From Promethearchaeota archaeon (GTDB taxonomy: Archaea > Asgardarchaeota > Lokiarchaeia > Sigyniarchaeales > SOKP01): DNA of 64,000 bases. Shown here one piece after another: positions 40,080 through 50,263 of the stretch. Positions within the stretch are counted from its first letter, which is position 1. Each line of letters opens with the position of its first letter. The stretch spans positions 61,721 through 125,720 of the forward strand of contig JAGXNO010000004.1 in NCBI GenBank assembly GCA_019894975.1, in the 5' to 3' direction. The notes under the pieces are model-generated. The model did no database searches and was not told the origin of the DNA. It saw only the letters and a program-made list of their open reading frames with translations. Made by a program: the position numbers and the translations under genes.

Positions 40080-40194
40080 AAATTAAAGCTCCTCTCTCTT
40101 GATAACCTAATATAATCAATGAATTAATATTTAAATATTAATTAAATTCTTCAATATAATTTATTAAATTATATTCTTAAGAATTAGCATAATA

Positions 40195-40794
40195 TTGACT
40201 TCAATAGAAATAAAAATCTCAAAAATTCTTGAAAATGGCATTAGTTTTTCATGCCAAATGTGTGGTGATTGCTGTAGAGGATTTGATGAAGGTGAAGTAT
40301 ATCTTTATAACGATGATATTTTTCGATTAGCTGATTATTTAAACTTATCTGGAATGGAAGAATTAAGAGATTTTGCTAAAAAATATGTGAAAGTTATTAA
40401 TGACAGCTTTTTTTGGAAGAACCCCGAAGCTCAACAAGGTAAAACTTATCGATTTAAAACACTAGGATTTAGATTCACCGGAGAGGATGAACACTGTCAT
40501 TTCTTGAAGGATAATATGTGTAGTGTTCATGAACATCGTCCTTTTCAATGCCAATCATTTCCATTTTGGAAAATGATGGTCTCAAATCGAAAAATTTTTG
40601 AAAATTATACAAAAAAATGCCAAGGCTTGCAAAAATTAGAAGGTAAATATTACTCCAGAGAAGAAATCTTGGATTGGGCCAAAAGAGAGTATGAAATAGA
40701 AAAAAATTACTTTTTAGAAATGAAAAAACACAAATTTAACATTTTAAAAGTTTATCCATTTTTACCTAAGGAAATGCTACAAGAGGGAGAATAA
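40195..40794 (+). CDS. YkgJ-family cysteine-cluster protein
   Basis: CQMCGDCC, CHFL, CSVHEHRPFQCQSFPFW. Confidence 0.85.
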   Translation: MTSIEIKISKILENGISFSCQMCGDCCRGFDEGEVYLYNDDIFRLADYLNLSGMEELRDFAKKYVKVINDSFFWKNPEAQQGKTYRFKTLGFRFTGEDEHCHFLKDNMCSVHEHRPFQCQSFPFWKMMVSNRKIFENYTKKCQGLQKLEGKYYSREEILDWAKREYEIEKNYFLEMKKHKFNILKVYPFLPKEMLQEGE

Positions 40795-40796
40795 TC

Positions 40797-41168
40797 ATGC
40801 CAGAGGGGATATTTGTAATGAACTATAGGGATAAAGGTGGAATAGCAATTAAGGCTCAGTATCCCGAAGAGAAAATAAAATTGCATGAAAGCGCTCAAAT
40901 GCATATTCTTAACATTCATGAGTTTAGCAAAGAATCAGGAATTGCCAGTTTGACTGTGGATGATCTAAATATCACCACTTATTATTCCGGGGAGGATACA
41001 GATTACTTTATTGTAGTCAAATTGGATTCTCTTGAAGACCCTGATGACTTTGAGGAAAATCTTAAGGTAGTTTCACAGATTATTTTAGGTAATTTAGAGA
41101 ATAATAAATATAAAGAAATGCTTCCTTCTCTTTTCAAAAAAATATCAGGGGCTCCTGAGAATATTTAG
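40797..41168 (+). CDS. Stand-alone longin-like domain protein
   Basis: GIFVMNYRDKGGIAIKAQYP N-terminal hairpin; beta-beta-alpha-beta-beta-beta-alpha-alpha pattern. Confidence 0.55.
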   Translation: MPEGIFVMNYRDKGGIAIKAQYPEEKIKLHESAQMHILNIHEFSKESGIASLTVDDLNITTYYSGEDTDYFIVVKLDSLEDPDDFEENLKVVSQIILGNLENNKYKEMLPSLFKKISGAPENI

Positions 41169-41305
41169 AAATGAATTTGTAAAAAAGTTACAAAACAAAA
41201 TGCTCCTTTATATTTAGGAAGAGATAATTTGGAATAATTAATAAAAACTTAAATCTATAATAAACATAGAACTGCGAAAATATCATTATATTAAGTGGTG
41301 TTAAT

Positions 41306-43696
41306 TTGAAGATTGGATTATTTTTATGCGATTGTGGAAAAAATATTAGTGGTACTATTAATAATGAACAGTTGATTGAGCATTTTAGCAAATTTCCTGA
41401 TGTGCATGTATTAAAAGATCAATATTTATGTTCTGAACTAGGCTTAAATAATGTCACTGAAGAGATTAAAGAAAAAAAAATCGATAGGGTGGTAATTGCC
41501 GCATGTTCATTTAAACTACACGGATTATTATTTCGAAGAACTATCGAAAAGGCAGGTATTAATCGATTTTTGATATCTTTTGCTAATATTCGTGAACAAA
41601 ATTCATGGGTACATGCTGATGAGCCTGAAAGGGCAACCATAAAGGCGATCGATCAAGTTACTATGGCACTAGAAAGAGTCAGGCTTCTAGAACCTTTAGA
41701 TCTTCAATATTCCGAAATTAATCCCTCTACTTTGATAATTGGAGGCGGGATTGCAGGAATCAAAGCCGCTTTAATAATTGCTAATGCGGGATATCGTGTG
41801 TACTTAGTGGAAAAAGAGCCAACAATAGGTGGGCATATGGCTCTCTTCGATAAAACATTTCCTACTTTAGACTGTTCAATCTGTATTCTTGGACCTTTGA
41901 TGTCAGAAATTAAAGATCACCCTAATATCGAACTCCTTTCATACTCAGAAGTCGAACGGGTTAATGGTTACGTTGGAAATTTTGAGGTTAAAATCAAAAA
42001 ACACCCTCGTTTTATCAAAGAAGATGATTGTGTTGGATGTTTTGATATCTGTCGAGAAGTATGCCCAATTGATATAGAAGATACTTTTTTCCCAAGGAAG
42101 GCAATAGATATTCCCTATCCTCAAGCTATACCGTTATTTCCCAATATTTTAGAAGAATATTGTATTGGATGCAAGGTTTGTGCTCAGGCATGCGATAGAG
42201 ATGCAATCGATTTTGATCAAAAACCAGAAATTATTGATATTCAAGTGGGTTCAATAATTGTAGCAACTGGGTTAAAAACATTTGATCCTTCATTACTTGG
42301 TGAATATAATTATCTAAAAAGTCCAGATATTTTAACTACAATGCAAATGGAACGGATACTCAATAATGATGGGCCTTCTCATGGAAAAATCACGGTTCCT
42401 TCAAGCGGTAAACCTCCAAAGAAGGTTTCCTTTATTTTGTGTGTAGGATCTCGTAATAAACAAATTCACCATGAATATTGTAGTCAAGTGTGTTGTAATG
42501 TGGCGATAAAACAAGCAGTGTTAATCAAAAAAGAACATCCTGACACAGAAATTAATATCTATTATAATGATATCAGAGCCAATGGCAAAAATTGTGAAGA
42601 ATTTTATAATAGAGCACGGGAAACTTTCGGTATCAGATTTATAAAAAGCAATATTTCTGCTGTACTAAAAAGCGACACTTCGGATACCTTACTCGTTCGA
42701 GGAGAAGATGTAATTGAAGATAATTTATTTGAAAATAAAACAGATTTAGTTGTTTTGGCTGTTGGTATAGAACCTGCTGATAAGACTGATGAATTAAGTA
42801 AAATTTTGAATATTTCTCAAGATCCCAATGGGTTTTTATTAGAAAAACACCTAAAAGTTAGACCTTCGGAAACTTCTGTCAACGGAATTTTTCTCGCAGG
42901 TGCAATACAAGGACCTAAAGATATACCCTCTAGTATTGCCCAAGCAGAAAGTGCTGCAGCAAAAACAATTTCTCTAATTTCAATGGGAAAAGTTGAAATG
43001 GACCCCCATATTGTCTATTTTAATCAAAAAGATTGTGACTTATGTAGGTTATGTGAAAATATCTGTATGTTTAATGCCTTAAAAATCGAAGGTAATCAAT
43101 TGAAAATCACCCAGGCAAATTGTACTGGATGTGGGGCATGTGCTGCAATGTGCCACTCTGATGCGCTATACATTCCTGGATTTACAAAAATGCAGATTTC
43201 AGCTCAAATCCAATCTATTTTAAAACAAAAAAGTGAATCTCCATTAATTATTGCATTCTTATGTAATTGGTGTTCTTATACCGGAGCGGATCTTGCGGGA
43301 ACAAGTAAATTAACATATCCTACAAATGTAAGAACGATCCATGTTATGTGTACAGCAATGCTTAATCCCTCCTTAGTATTTGAAAGTTTTTTCTATGGAG
43401 CTGATGGTGTTTTAATTGCGGGGTGTTATCCACAAGATTGCCATTATCAAGAAGGATTCATTAAAGCAAAATCTCGATATGAGAGTATTAAGGAAGTGTT
43501 AATCGAAGCTGGGATAAATGAAAAAAGAGTAAAAATTATAAGTATCGCTGCGGGAGAAGGAGAGAAGTATGCAAAGTCCATTAAAGAATTTAAGCAAGAA
43601 CTAGATAAAATTGGCCCTATAAAGCCTAATGAATATGCAAAACCTTTATCATCCAAAAAGCAAACAGAAGAAAAAGCAAAATTGGATGAAATTTAA
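41306..43696 (+). CDS. hdrA: HdrA-MvhD fusion (FAD/FeS electron-bifurcating subunit)
   Basis: GLFLCDCG, ANIREQ, GGGIAG, DKTFPTLDCSIC, CVGSR, CSQVCC, ferredoxin motifs; C-terminal MvhD CNWCSY...GC..QDCHY. Confidence 0.93.
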   Translation: MKIGLFLCDCGKNISGTINNEQLIEHFSKFPDVHVLKDQYLCSELGLNNVTEEIKEKKIDRVVIAACSFKLHGLLFRRTIEKAGINRFLISFANIREQNSWVHADEPERATIKAIDQVTMALERVRLLEPLDLQYSEINPSTLIIGGGIAGIKAALIIANAGYRVYLVEKEPTIGGHMALFDKTFPTLDCSICILGPLMSEIKDHPNIELLSYSEVERVNGYVGNFEVKIKKHPRFIKEDDCVGCFDICREVCPIDIEDTFFPRKAIDIPYPQAIPLFPNILEEYCIGCKVCAQACDRDAIDFDQKPEIIDIQVGSIIVATGLKTFDPSLLGEYNYLKSPDILTTMQMERILNNDGPSHGKITVPSSGKPPKKVSFILCVGSRNKQIHHEYCSQVCCNVAIKQAVLIKKEHPDTEINIYYNDIRANGKNCEEFYNRARETFGIRFIKSNISAVLKSDTSDTLLVRGEDVIEDNLFENKTDLVVLAVGIEPADKTDELSKILNISQDPNGFLLEKHLKVRPSETSVNGIFLAGAIQGPKDIPSSIAQAESAAAKTISLISMGKVEMDPHIVYFNQKDCDLCRLCENICMFNALKIEGNQLKITQANCTGCGACAAMCHSDALYIPGFTKMQISAQIQSILKQKSESPLIIAFLCNWCSYTGADLAGTSKLTYPTNVRTIHVMCTAMLNPSLVFESFFYGADGVLIAGCYPQDCHYQEGFIKAKSRYESIKEVLIEAGINEKRVKIISIAAGEGEKYAKSIKEFKQELDKIGPIKPNEYAKPLSSKKQTEEKAKLDEI

Positions 43697-43822
43697 ATCA
43701 TAGTTCAATTAAAGATATAAACGAATTTAACTAAAATTTCTTAACCAGAAATATTAATTTTTTATTGATATCTCTCCTATAATTCTTATTAAAAGAATAT
43801 ATTTTAATTCTGTCGACTAAAA

Positions 43823-45109
43823 ATGCGAATAAGAGCAATCACTAACGGGCAAATTATCCCTTTCCTTTACAAAAATGAATCCATCTTATCCTTCATGCAA
43901 GAGAACCTTGAGAACTTTTCAAACTTAAATAATGAGTTAATTAATGCTTTTGAAGACATCGGAGTACAAGTTCAGACCAGGCGATTTTGCTCTCAACCTC
44001 TTTTTAGTTATGATAATAAATTATTTTACGAGAATAATTTAAAGGATACATTGGGAGATATAAAAGTCCAATTAAGATTTTTACAGAACATATTCCAAGA
44101 TTATGGTTTCGATTATTTTGCGTGTTGCATGATGCTTACCCACAAACTTCCCGAGCTAGGAATATTTGAGAGACTACTTCTTAATGAAGTTCCTGTATTT
44201 ATTAAAAATACTGACAATTTTTTCACTTCTTTACCCGTAGCTTCTACTCGAGATGGAATAAATATAACTGCCATAAAATCTGGGGCAAAAATAATAAAAC
44301 AACTCTCGGAACCAGATCCATTCAATAATTTAAATTTTTGTGTATCCGCAAATGTAGGGCCTAACTTTCCATTTTTCCCTGCAGCATATCATTTTTCAGA
44401 TAAACCTGCATTTTCTCTTGCTTTAGAAATGGCAGATGAAGTAATTATGGCAATCGAAGAATCAAATAGCCTAAAAGAAACCCAATTTAATTTGCTGTCA
44501 AAGTTTAATCAAATCTATGATGACGTGACATTCATTTGTGAGAAATTGGGACGGAAATTTGATATGGAATTTAAGGGTGTGGATCTTTCTCCGGCACCTT
44601 TCCCTGAGGAAAATAAGAGCATCGGGACAGCGATTGAAAAACTGGGCATTGAATATTTTGGAGCTAATGGTACACTTACAGGAGTTGCTCTAATTAAAAA
44701 TTCTATTCCAATTGATAAAGAAAAAGTTATTGGATTTTCAGGCTTCTTCCAACCGATCTTAGAGGATTATATCTTATCTAAAAGACTTGCTGAAGGCAAA
44801 TTTAACCTGGATTCACTATTGTTATACTCAACCATGTGTGGTGCAGGGTTAGATGTTATCCCATTACCTGGAGACATAACTGAGCAAGAATTATTCTATA
44901 TATTATTAGACCTTTGCACTATTTCAATCAGATTGAATAAACCGTTAACAGCTCGCTTAATGCCTATTCCTGGAAGAAATGTGGGTGATGAAGTTGAATT
45001 TGATTTTGAATATTTTGCACCTTCAAGGATTATTGACTTTCGTCGATTAACAGGTAATAAAAAGGATGATCTCTTTAATAGCAATGAAAAATTCTTCAAA
45101 TTTCTGTGA
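43823..45109 (+). CDS. DUF711 (UPF0210)-family protein
   Basis: PFFPAAYH, GVDLSPAP, GFSGFFQPILED, YSTMCGAGLDVIPLPG, KPLTARLMP. Confidence 0.8.
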   Translation: MRIRAITNGQIIPFLYKNESILSFMQENLENFSNLNNELINAFEDIGVQVQTRRFCSQPLFSYDNKLFYENNLKDTLGDIKVQLRFLQNIFQDYGFDYFACCMMLTHKLPELGIFERLLLNEVPVFIKNTDNFFTSLPVASTRDGINITAIKSGAKIIKQLSEPDPFNNLNFCVSANVGPNFPFFPAAYHFSDKPAFSLALEMADEVIMAIEESNSLKETQFNLLSKFNQIYDDVTFICEKLGRKFDMEFKGVDLSPAPFPEENKSIGTAIEKLGIEYFGANGTLTGVALIKNSIPIDKEKVIGFSGFFQPILEDYILSKRLAEGKFNLDSLLLYSTMCGAGLDVIPLPGDITEQELFYILLDLCTISIRLNKPLTARLMPIPGRNVGDEVEFDFEYFAPSRIIDFRRLTGNKKDDLFNSNEKFFKFL

Positions 45110-45143
45110 ATAAATTACGGATTTGAAAAATAGAAAAGCTCTA

Positions 45144-45473
45144 TTATAAATAGTCTACTACTTGTCCACTTTGAGTAATTTCAAAATAGATTATATTATT
45201 TTCTTCCACTTTTTTAACACAAAACGCTTTGACTAAATAATCCATGTTATAATTAAATGAAGATTCATCGCTAATTAAGTCGTTATTTAATAGAGTTTTT
45301 AACAAATCTTCTTTAGAAATCTTTTTAGCCTTATTAACTAGAATAAGAATTTCGCGACGAATTGGATGGTTGACCGCTTTAAGATATAAGGAGTGTAAAT
45401 ACTTTGAACCTTCCACAGTTTTACCATACTCTTCCATTGATTTGTAATCCTTAAAATCAGATTCATCAGGCAT
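45144..45473 (-). CDS. ArsR-like winged-helix protein
   Basis: AVNHPIRREIL, FNYNMDYL, EITQSG. Confidence 0.75.
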   Translation of the reverse strand: MPDESDFKDYKSMEEYGKTVEGSKYLHSLYLKAVNHPIRREILILVNKAKKISKEDLLKTLLNNDLISDESSFNYNMDYLVKAFCVKKVEENNIIYFEITQSGQVVDYL

Positions 45474-45595
45474 GTGTGTGAAAAATGCTCATAACAATTA
45501 AATTTTATCGAAAAGATGATTGTAGTTTTTAAATATTAACTTATAAGGTTTTATATAACAAGAGCATCAAGAAATTTCTAACAAGATGTATAGAT

Positions 45596-45880
45596 ATGGA
45601 AAAACCCAAAATTTTGAATGGAGCTAAAATTGAACCCATTACCAGTAAAGTAAAAGTCGCTAATAAAATAGACTCTTTATGGGATGGGAATTCTTCAAAT
45701 GGGGCTAAATTCAAAACTCGAAATAAGAAATTAGTTATAAAACTAGAATCCCAAGGAATTGAAACAAGAAAAATTTCTCTAAAATTGGAAAGTAGCAATT
45801 CAAATGTAAATACCAATAACTACAATCTCTTATCGGACATCTTAAAAGAATTTTTTAATGTTGATGATAATTCATCATAA
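45596..45880 (+). CDS. Hypothetical protein
   Basis: 94-aa ORF filling the gap; no motif recognised. Confidence 0.5.
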   Translation: MEKPKILNGAKIEPITSKVKVANKIDSLWDGNSSNGAKFKTRNKKLVIKLESQGIETRKISLKLESSNSNVNTNNYNLLSDILKEFFNVDDNSS

Positions 45881-46028
45881 TTTTTCGTCTTATTTTCTAC
45901 TCTAAATTAATGGATTGTTCTTATGGTAGTAAAGCTTTACGATATAATATCGCAGAAAACTATTTTATTCTCGGTATCTTATTTTTCTTTAATTTGAAAT
46001 TCGTAAAAATAATAAGAATGATATAAAA

Positions 46029-47090
46029 ATGGAATATAATGATATTAAGAATCTTCTAGGTGCAAAGGCAGATGATCTTTTAAACCATAGATGTACTGGA
46101 ATTCCAAAGGAGATGATTCATGCTCCAGGTCCTGATTATATTGATAGAGTGTTTGAACACACAGATAGAAATAATTTAGTACTAAACAATATGGGAAAAT
46201 TATTTAATTTAAGGGGTAGATTAGCAGGTACAGGTTATCTTTCAATTTTGCCTGTAGATCAAGGAATCGAACATACTGCTTCAGCAAGTTTTGCAATCAA
46301 TCCCTCATATTTTGACCCTGAAAATATAGTCAAATTAGCTATTGATGGAGGTTGTAGTGGGGTTGCTTCTACTCTCGGAGTATTAGGTTCTGTTGCAAGA
46401 CGTTATGCTCGTAAAATTCCTTTTATAGTAAAAATTAATCATAATGAGCTTCTTACTACACCCAATTTATCTGATCAAACACTTTTTGCTAACGTTGACC
46501 AAGCGTGGGATATGGGTGCTACTGGTATTGGAGCAACAATTTATTTCGGTTCCCCAAATTGTAGACGTCAAATTCAGGAAATAAGTGAAGCATTTAGATA
46601 TGCTCATGAATTGGGTCTAGTTTGCATTTTGTGGACATACTTAAGGAATACAGATGAATTCATAAAGGATGGAAAAGATTACCACACAGCAAACGATTTA
46701 GAAAGCCAAGCAAATTATCTAGGTGTAACTATTGAAGCAGATATCATCAAGCAGAAGCTATCTACTACAAATAGAGGATTTCTTGATTTAAATTTTGGAA
46801 AAACAGATAAACTAGTTTATGAGAAGTTAGCAACCGATCACCCAATCGAATGGAACCGTTACCAAGTTGCAAATTGCTATATGGGTCGAATAGGATTAAT
46901 CAATTCCGGTGGCCCCGAAGGAGATAATGATTTAGCTGATGCAGTATCCGCAGCGGTTATAAATAAGCGTTCTGGAGGCATGGGATTAATTCTTGGTCGT
47001 AAAGCGTTTAAAAGACCTACTTCTGAAGGAATAAAAATATTAAATGCGGTGCAGGACGTATATTTATCTAATGAAATAACAATAGCGTAA
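46029..47090 (+). CDS. fbaB: Class I fructose-bisphosphate aldolase (DhnA/FbaB)
   Basis: [45 protein letters not shown]. Confidence 0.95.
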   Translation: MEYNDIKNLLGAKADDLLNHRCTGIPKEMIHAPGPDYIDRVFEHTDRNNLVLNNMGKLFNLRGRLAGTGYLSILPVDQGIEHTASASFAINPSYFDPENIVKLAIDGGCSGVASTLGVLGSVARRYARKIPFIVKINHNELLTTPNLSDQTLFANVDQAWDMGATGIGATIYFGSPNCRRQIQEISEAFRYAHELGLVCILWTYLRNTDEFIKDGKDYHTANDLESQANYLGVTIEADIIKQKLSTTNRGFLDLNFGKTDKLVYEKLATDHPIEWNRYQVANCYMGRIGLINSGGPEGDNDLADAVSAAVINKRSGGMGLILGRKAFKRPTSEGIKILNAVQDVYLSNEITIA

Positions 47091-47224
47091 AGATTCACAC
47101 TTTTTTTTTCTAATTTTAAATTTCGATTTCTAATTTGAAGTTAATAAGATAAATGAAATTTTCAGCTTTTAATTGAAACTAATTGAATTAAGTACATCTA
47201 ATTTTATATAAATTAAAAGGAATT

Positions 47225-48346
47225 TTAATCATCCATGCTAGGAATTTTAGGTAATTGTCTTCTACCACTTGGATTATTACTAATAGGTTTTTCTAGAATT
47301 TCAATAATATCAGCTTTTCGAGCAGTTGGTGGTAATTCTATTTTTTTGTCTTCAGCATAACTTTTAAGATCTTTTACTGTCATTGAATTAAAGTCTATTG
47401 AACCAGTCGGCATTGATTTTGGTTTGGTCGGCATTGGTGTCAAAGGTGCTTTTGCCGGACTGGCTTTTTTTGGACTGCTCCTTGGTTCTCCTTCCTTTTC
47501 TAATATTTCTACTGCTTCTACTATACCTTTTTCTCCATCAAAATAAATCCTTAATACATAATCCTCTAATTCAATCATATCCTTAGGAACTTTTGTAACT
47601 GGTTCCCATTCAGTTTCTTCAACTTCCTCTCCAAAAACTTTAGCTATTTTTGAGACTGCTGCTAATAGAGTGTGACCAAGAATTAAATTTATTCTTTTGT
47701 AGCTGTCTGAAATTTCGGCATTAAGGATTTTCTCTTTAATCTTTTCTTGTTCATCTTTTGACAAGCCTGCTACGGTTCTAGTCACAGGAGTTTTAGGGTA
47801 CGGAGTTATAGGTTTTGGTTTAGGTGCACTAGCTGGTTTAGAAGAGCCAGTTGAAAAAGTAGAGGTAACGACATTGCTGGATGTATCCTGAAGAGCAGGA
47901 GAGAAATATTCTTCTTCTTTCTTCTCAGTTGTTTGAGGAACAACATCAGAAATAACCGCTTCACTCATTTGTTCCTTTTCAATGTTTCGAACATATCGCA
48001 TATCTGCCAACCTTTCAGTTACTTCCATGGATTCTAATTGAAACGCACTTAGAAATTCCGAAGGTTCGTCACCAGCATCCACGGAGACGATTTTACATCG
48101 ATGCATGCTTGCATCCTTTCTCAGTTCCTCCTGGAGTTCTTGAGCGACTCTAGAACTAATAAATCGTTTTCGCACAGGTGATTTTGGACCTTTCCAAATG
48201 AAGATTCTTCTTAAATCTTCGCGTATGATTACCAATACCTGTTCTGGATGCAAATTTGACTGGAGTTCTGCTTCAGGTATGCTAATTCTATTTTTATCTC
48301 CGGAATCATCCAGTTCATATACCATAAAAGTTTCATATTCTGTCAT
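47225..48346 (-). CDS. Gelsolin-domain protein with Pro-rich linkers and C-terminal Rho-N/SAP-like helix-extension-helix
   Basis: LHPEQVLVI..RRIFIWKGPKSPVRKRF..VDAGDEPSEF gelsolin pattern; FNSMTVKDLKSYA..ARKADIIEIL. Confidence 0.8.
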   Translation of the reverse strand: MTEYETFMVYELDDSGDKNRISIPEAELQSNLHPEQVLVIIREDLRRIFIWKGPKSPVRKRFISSRVAQELQEELRKDASMHRCKIVSVDAGDEPSEFLSAFQLESMEVTERLADMRYVRNIEKEQMSEAVISDVVPQTTEKKEEEYFSPALQDTSSNVVTSTFSTGSSKPASAPKPKPITPYPKTPVTRTVAGLSKDEQEKIKEKILNAEISDSYKRINLILGHTLLAAVSKIAKVFGEEVEETEWEPVTKVPKDMIELEDYVLRIYFDGEKGIVEAVEILEKEGEPRSSPKKASPAKAPLTPMPTKPKSMPTGSIDFNSMTVKDLKSYAEDKKIELPPTARKADIIEILEKPISNNPSGRRQLPKIPSMDD

Positions 48347-48563
48347 TTTTATTCCCTAAGAATATCATATGTAATTTTTTAATTGGAGTATGAAATTTTT
48401 TTAGAATTCTATTTGAAATTTCTTTTCAAACGGATTTAATTTAAAGAACATATAAATTACATTTATAAAAATTTAGCGAAAAAAGAAAATGAGAAGTCAT
48501 TCTTTTGTGGTAATTTTTTGGTCCCTATTAATAAATAAAAAATTGAAAAAAAAAAGTTAAAAG

Positions 48564-49304
48564 TTACATATCATGCAGAACGTTATCTATAGAGAGGACA
48601 AATCCTAACAAGATCCTTCTATCTGTTTCATTGTCGAGTATCCTTAATGCGTATGTATCCTTAAAATCCATTAATCCACCAAGAAATACGTCTCTCCACC
48701 TGTCAGCCTTCTCAATTTCTGCAATTAATTTTCCTGACATGTCAGTAACTTTATAGGACCATCCCATAAATTTACCCTGAGCTTCGAAATACCTTTTTCC
48801 ATTAACATCTTCTAAGTAAAACTTCGGTCGGAAGACAGAAGTTATTTTTTTCTTTATCCTGGCTATCATATTCCCATATGGATCTTTTAAATCCTGAGCT
48901 CCGCGAGCTGAGACAATCTTGGCGTGAATTGTTGCTGCAATAGTACCATCTAATTCGATTAATTCAACTCTGCGTCTTATACTTAAGATAACTCTTTTCA
49001 TCCTCCCTATTACCTGGTTTTTTTCATCTAAGATATCACCGCTACCCCATTTGGGTTTAAATCTGGAGAAGATTTAAATATCCCAGTATTTTTCTTTGAG
49101 AATAAAATAATTGCGGTTAATATCGAATAGTCCCCCAGGACGATCATAAGGTTCAAACCCTAGTGTTGTTATGGGAGTACTTGTTGATGGTGTAGAAACG
49201 ACTTCCCTTTGTTGTTGAGGAGATGGTATTGCTGAACCACATTTCTCACAGAAGTGCTGATTTTCGGGATCTTTTATTTCAGCCCCACAATCTTTACAAA
49301 ACAT
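48564..49304 (-). CDS. Zinc-ribbon plus LURP-one/scramblase (tubby C-like) protein; join of 49304..49080 and 49049..48564, 236 aa after splicing
   Basis: CKDCG..CEKCG N-terminus; spliced junction KEKYWD/WGSGDILDEKNQVIGRMKR; C-terminal DTYAL..RRILLGFVLSID. Confidence 0.82.
49050..49079 (-). other. Putative 30-nt canonical BHB intron in mRNA
   Basis: TGGG[AT^A]TTTAAATCT-TCTCC-AGATTTAAA-CCCA[AA^T]: 4-bp helix TGGG/CCCA, two 3-nt bulges, 9-bp intron stem; contains in-frame TAA. Confidence 0.85.
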
Positions 49305-49453
49305 ATAATTTTCTCTTTATAATTTTTTATGATACAAATGGTAACTTGTGTTAATAAAGTTAAGTAAAAGAGGTAACTGCTTTTTATGTTATCAAAATGT
49401 TTTAATTGAATAAGGATTAATTAATATTAATATTAAACAATTAGGTAAAGAGA

Positions 49454-50224
49454 ATGTCAAGTAATAAGATTCCACAGCTACTAAAATTAAAAGATTTCAT
49501 AACACTTATAGGAACAAGCCTTGGAATAATAGCTTTAATTTGTGCGTGTCTTGGTACTCGTGCTACTCTTTCTTTAGGTTTTTTCTTGATCTCAATATCA
49601 ACAGGTACAGATATGATCGATGGGTATATTGCTCGTAAAACTAATACAGTGAATGAATTGGGAAAGGAGCTGGATTCTTTAAGCGATTCTTTAACATTTG
49701 GTATCGCGCCTGCTGTATTAGCTTACCAGAGCTTTAAAACTAACAGTCTCTTTGATATAGTTCTAATAATTGGTGCTATTTGTTTTGCTTTCGGAGCAAT
49801 TCTTAGATTAGCACGATTCAATCTATCGAATGTTCCGGGATACACGGGTGTACCCACTCCAATTAGCGCTTTGCTCTTAATTGTATTTTTTTATGCCAAT
49901 TATTTTTATGCTTTTGGGATGGGAGGTATAACATATCCATTTCTTGAAATCGCTTATTATTTACTACCGTTTATTATGATTATGATTGCTTGGTTTAATA
50001 TCACTACATTTATCAGTTTCGGTGAAAAAGACAAAACTGTTTATATAGTATTTCTGATCCTCGCACCTTTTTGTCCAATTTTCGGCATTATTGGTGTTTT
50101 GAACCCGAATTTCTTAGTTTCAATGATCGTTTCAGTTTTCTTTTTGAGTACTTTTCTATTTGCTCTAATTTTCATTTTTCGAGGATTTTTCTTATATAGG
50201 TCAAATAAAAAAAAGAACAAGTAA
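49454..50224 (+). CDS. CDP-alcohol phosphatidyltransferase, PssA/archaetidylserine synthase-like
   Basis: DMIDGYIARK..GKELDSLSDSLTFGIAPA, LRLARFN, GVPTP. Confidence 0.85.
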   Translation: MSSNKIPQLLKLKDFITLIGTSLGIIALICACLGTRATLSLGFFLISISTGTDMIDGYIARKTNTVNELGKELDSLSDSLTFGIAPAVLAYQSFKTNSLFDIVLIIGAICFAFGAILRLARFNLSNVPGYTGVPTPISALLLIVFFYANYFYAFGMGGITYPFLEIAYYLLPFIMIMIAWFNITTFISFGEKDKTVYIVFLILAPFCPIFGIIGVLNPNFLVSMIVSVFFLSTFLFALIFIFRGFFLYRSNKKKNK

Positions 50225-50263
50225 TATTGTTAGATAAGAAAGAGAATTTATCGAGGATTTTAT

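Noticed and set aside
41306-43696. HdrA/MvhD as a selenoprotein with SECIS
   Set aside because: The ORF is open throughout with Cys at all motif positions; no in-frame TGA.
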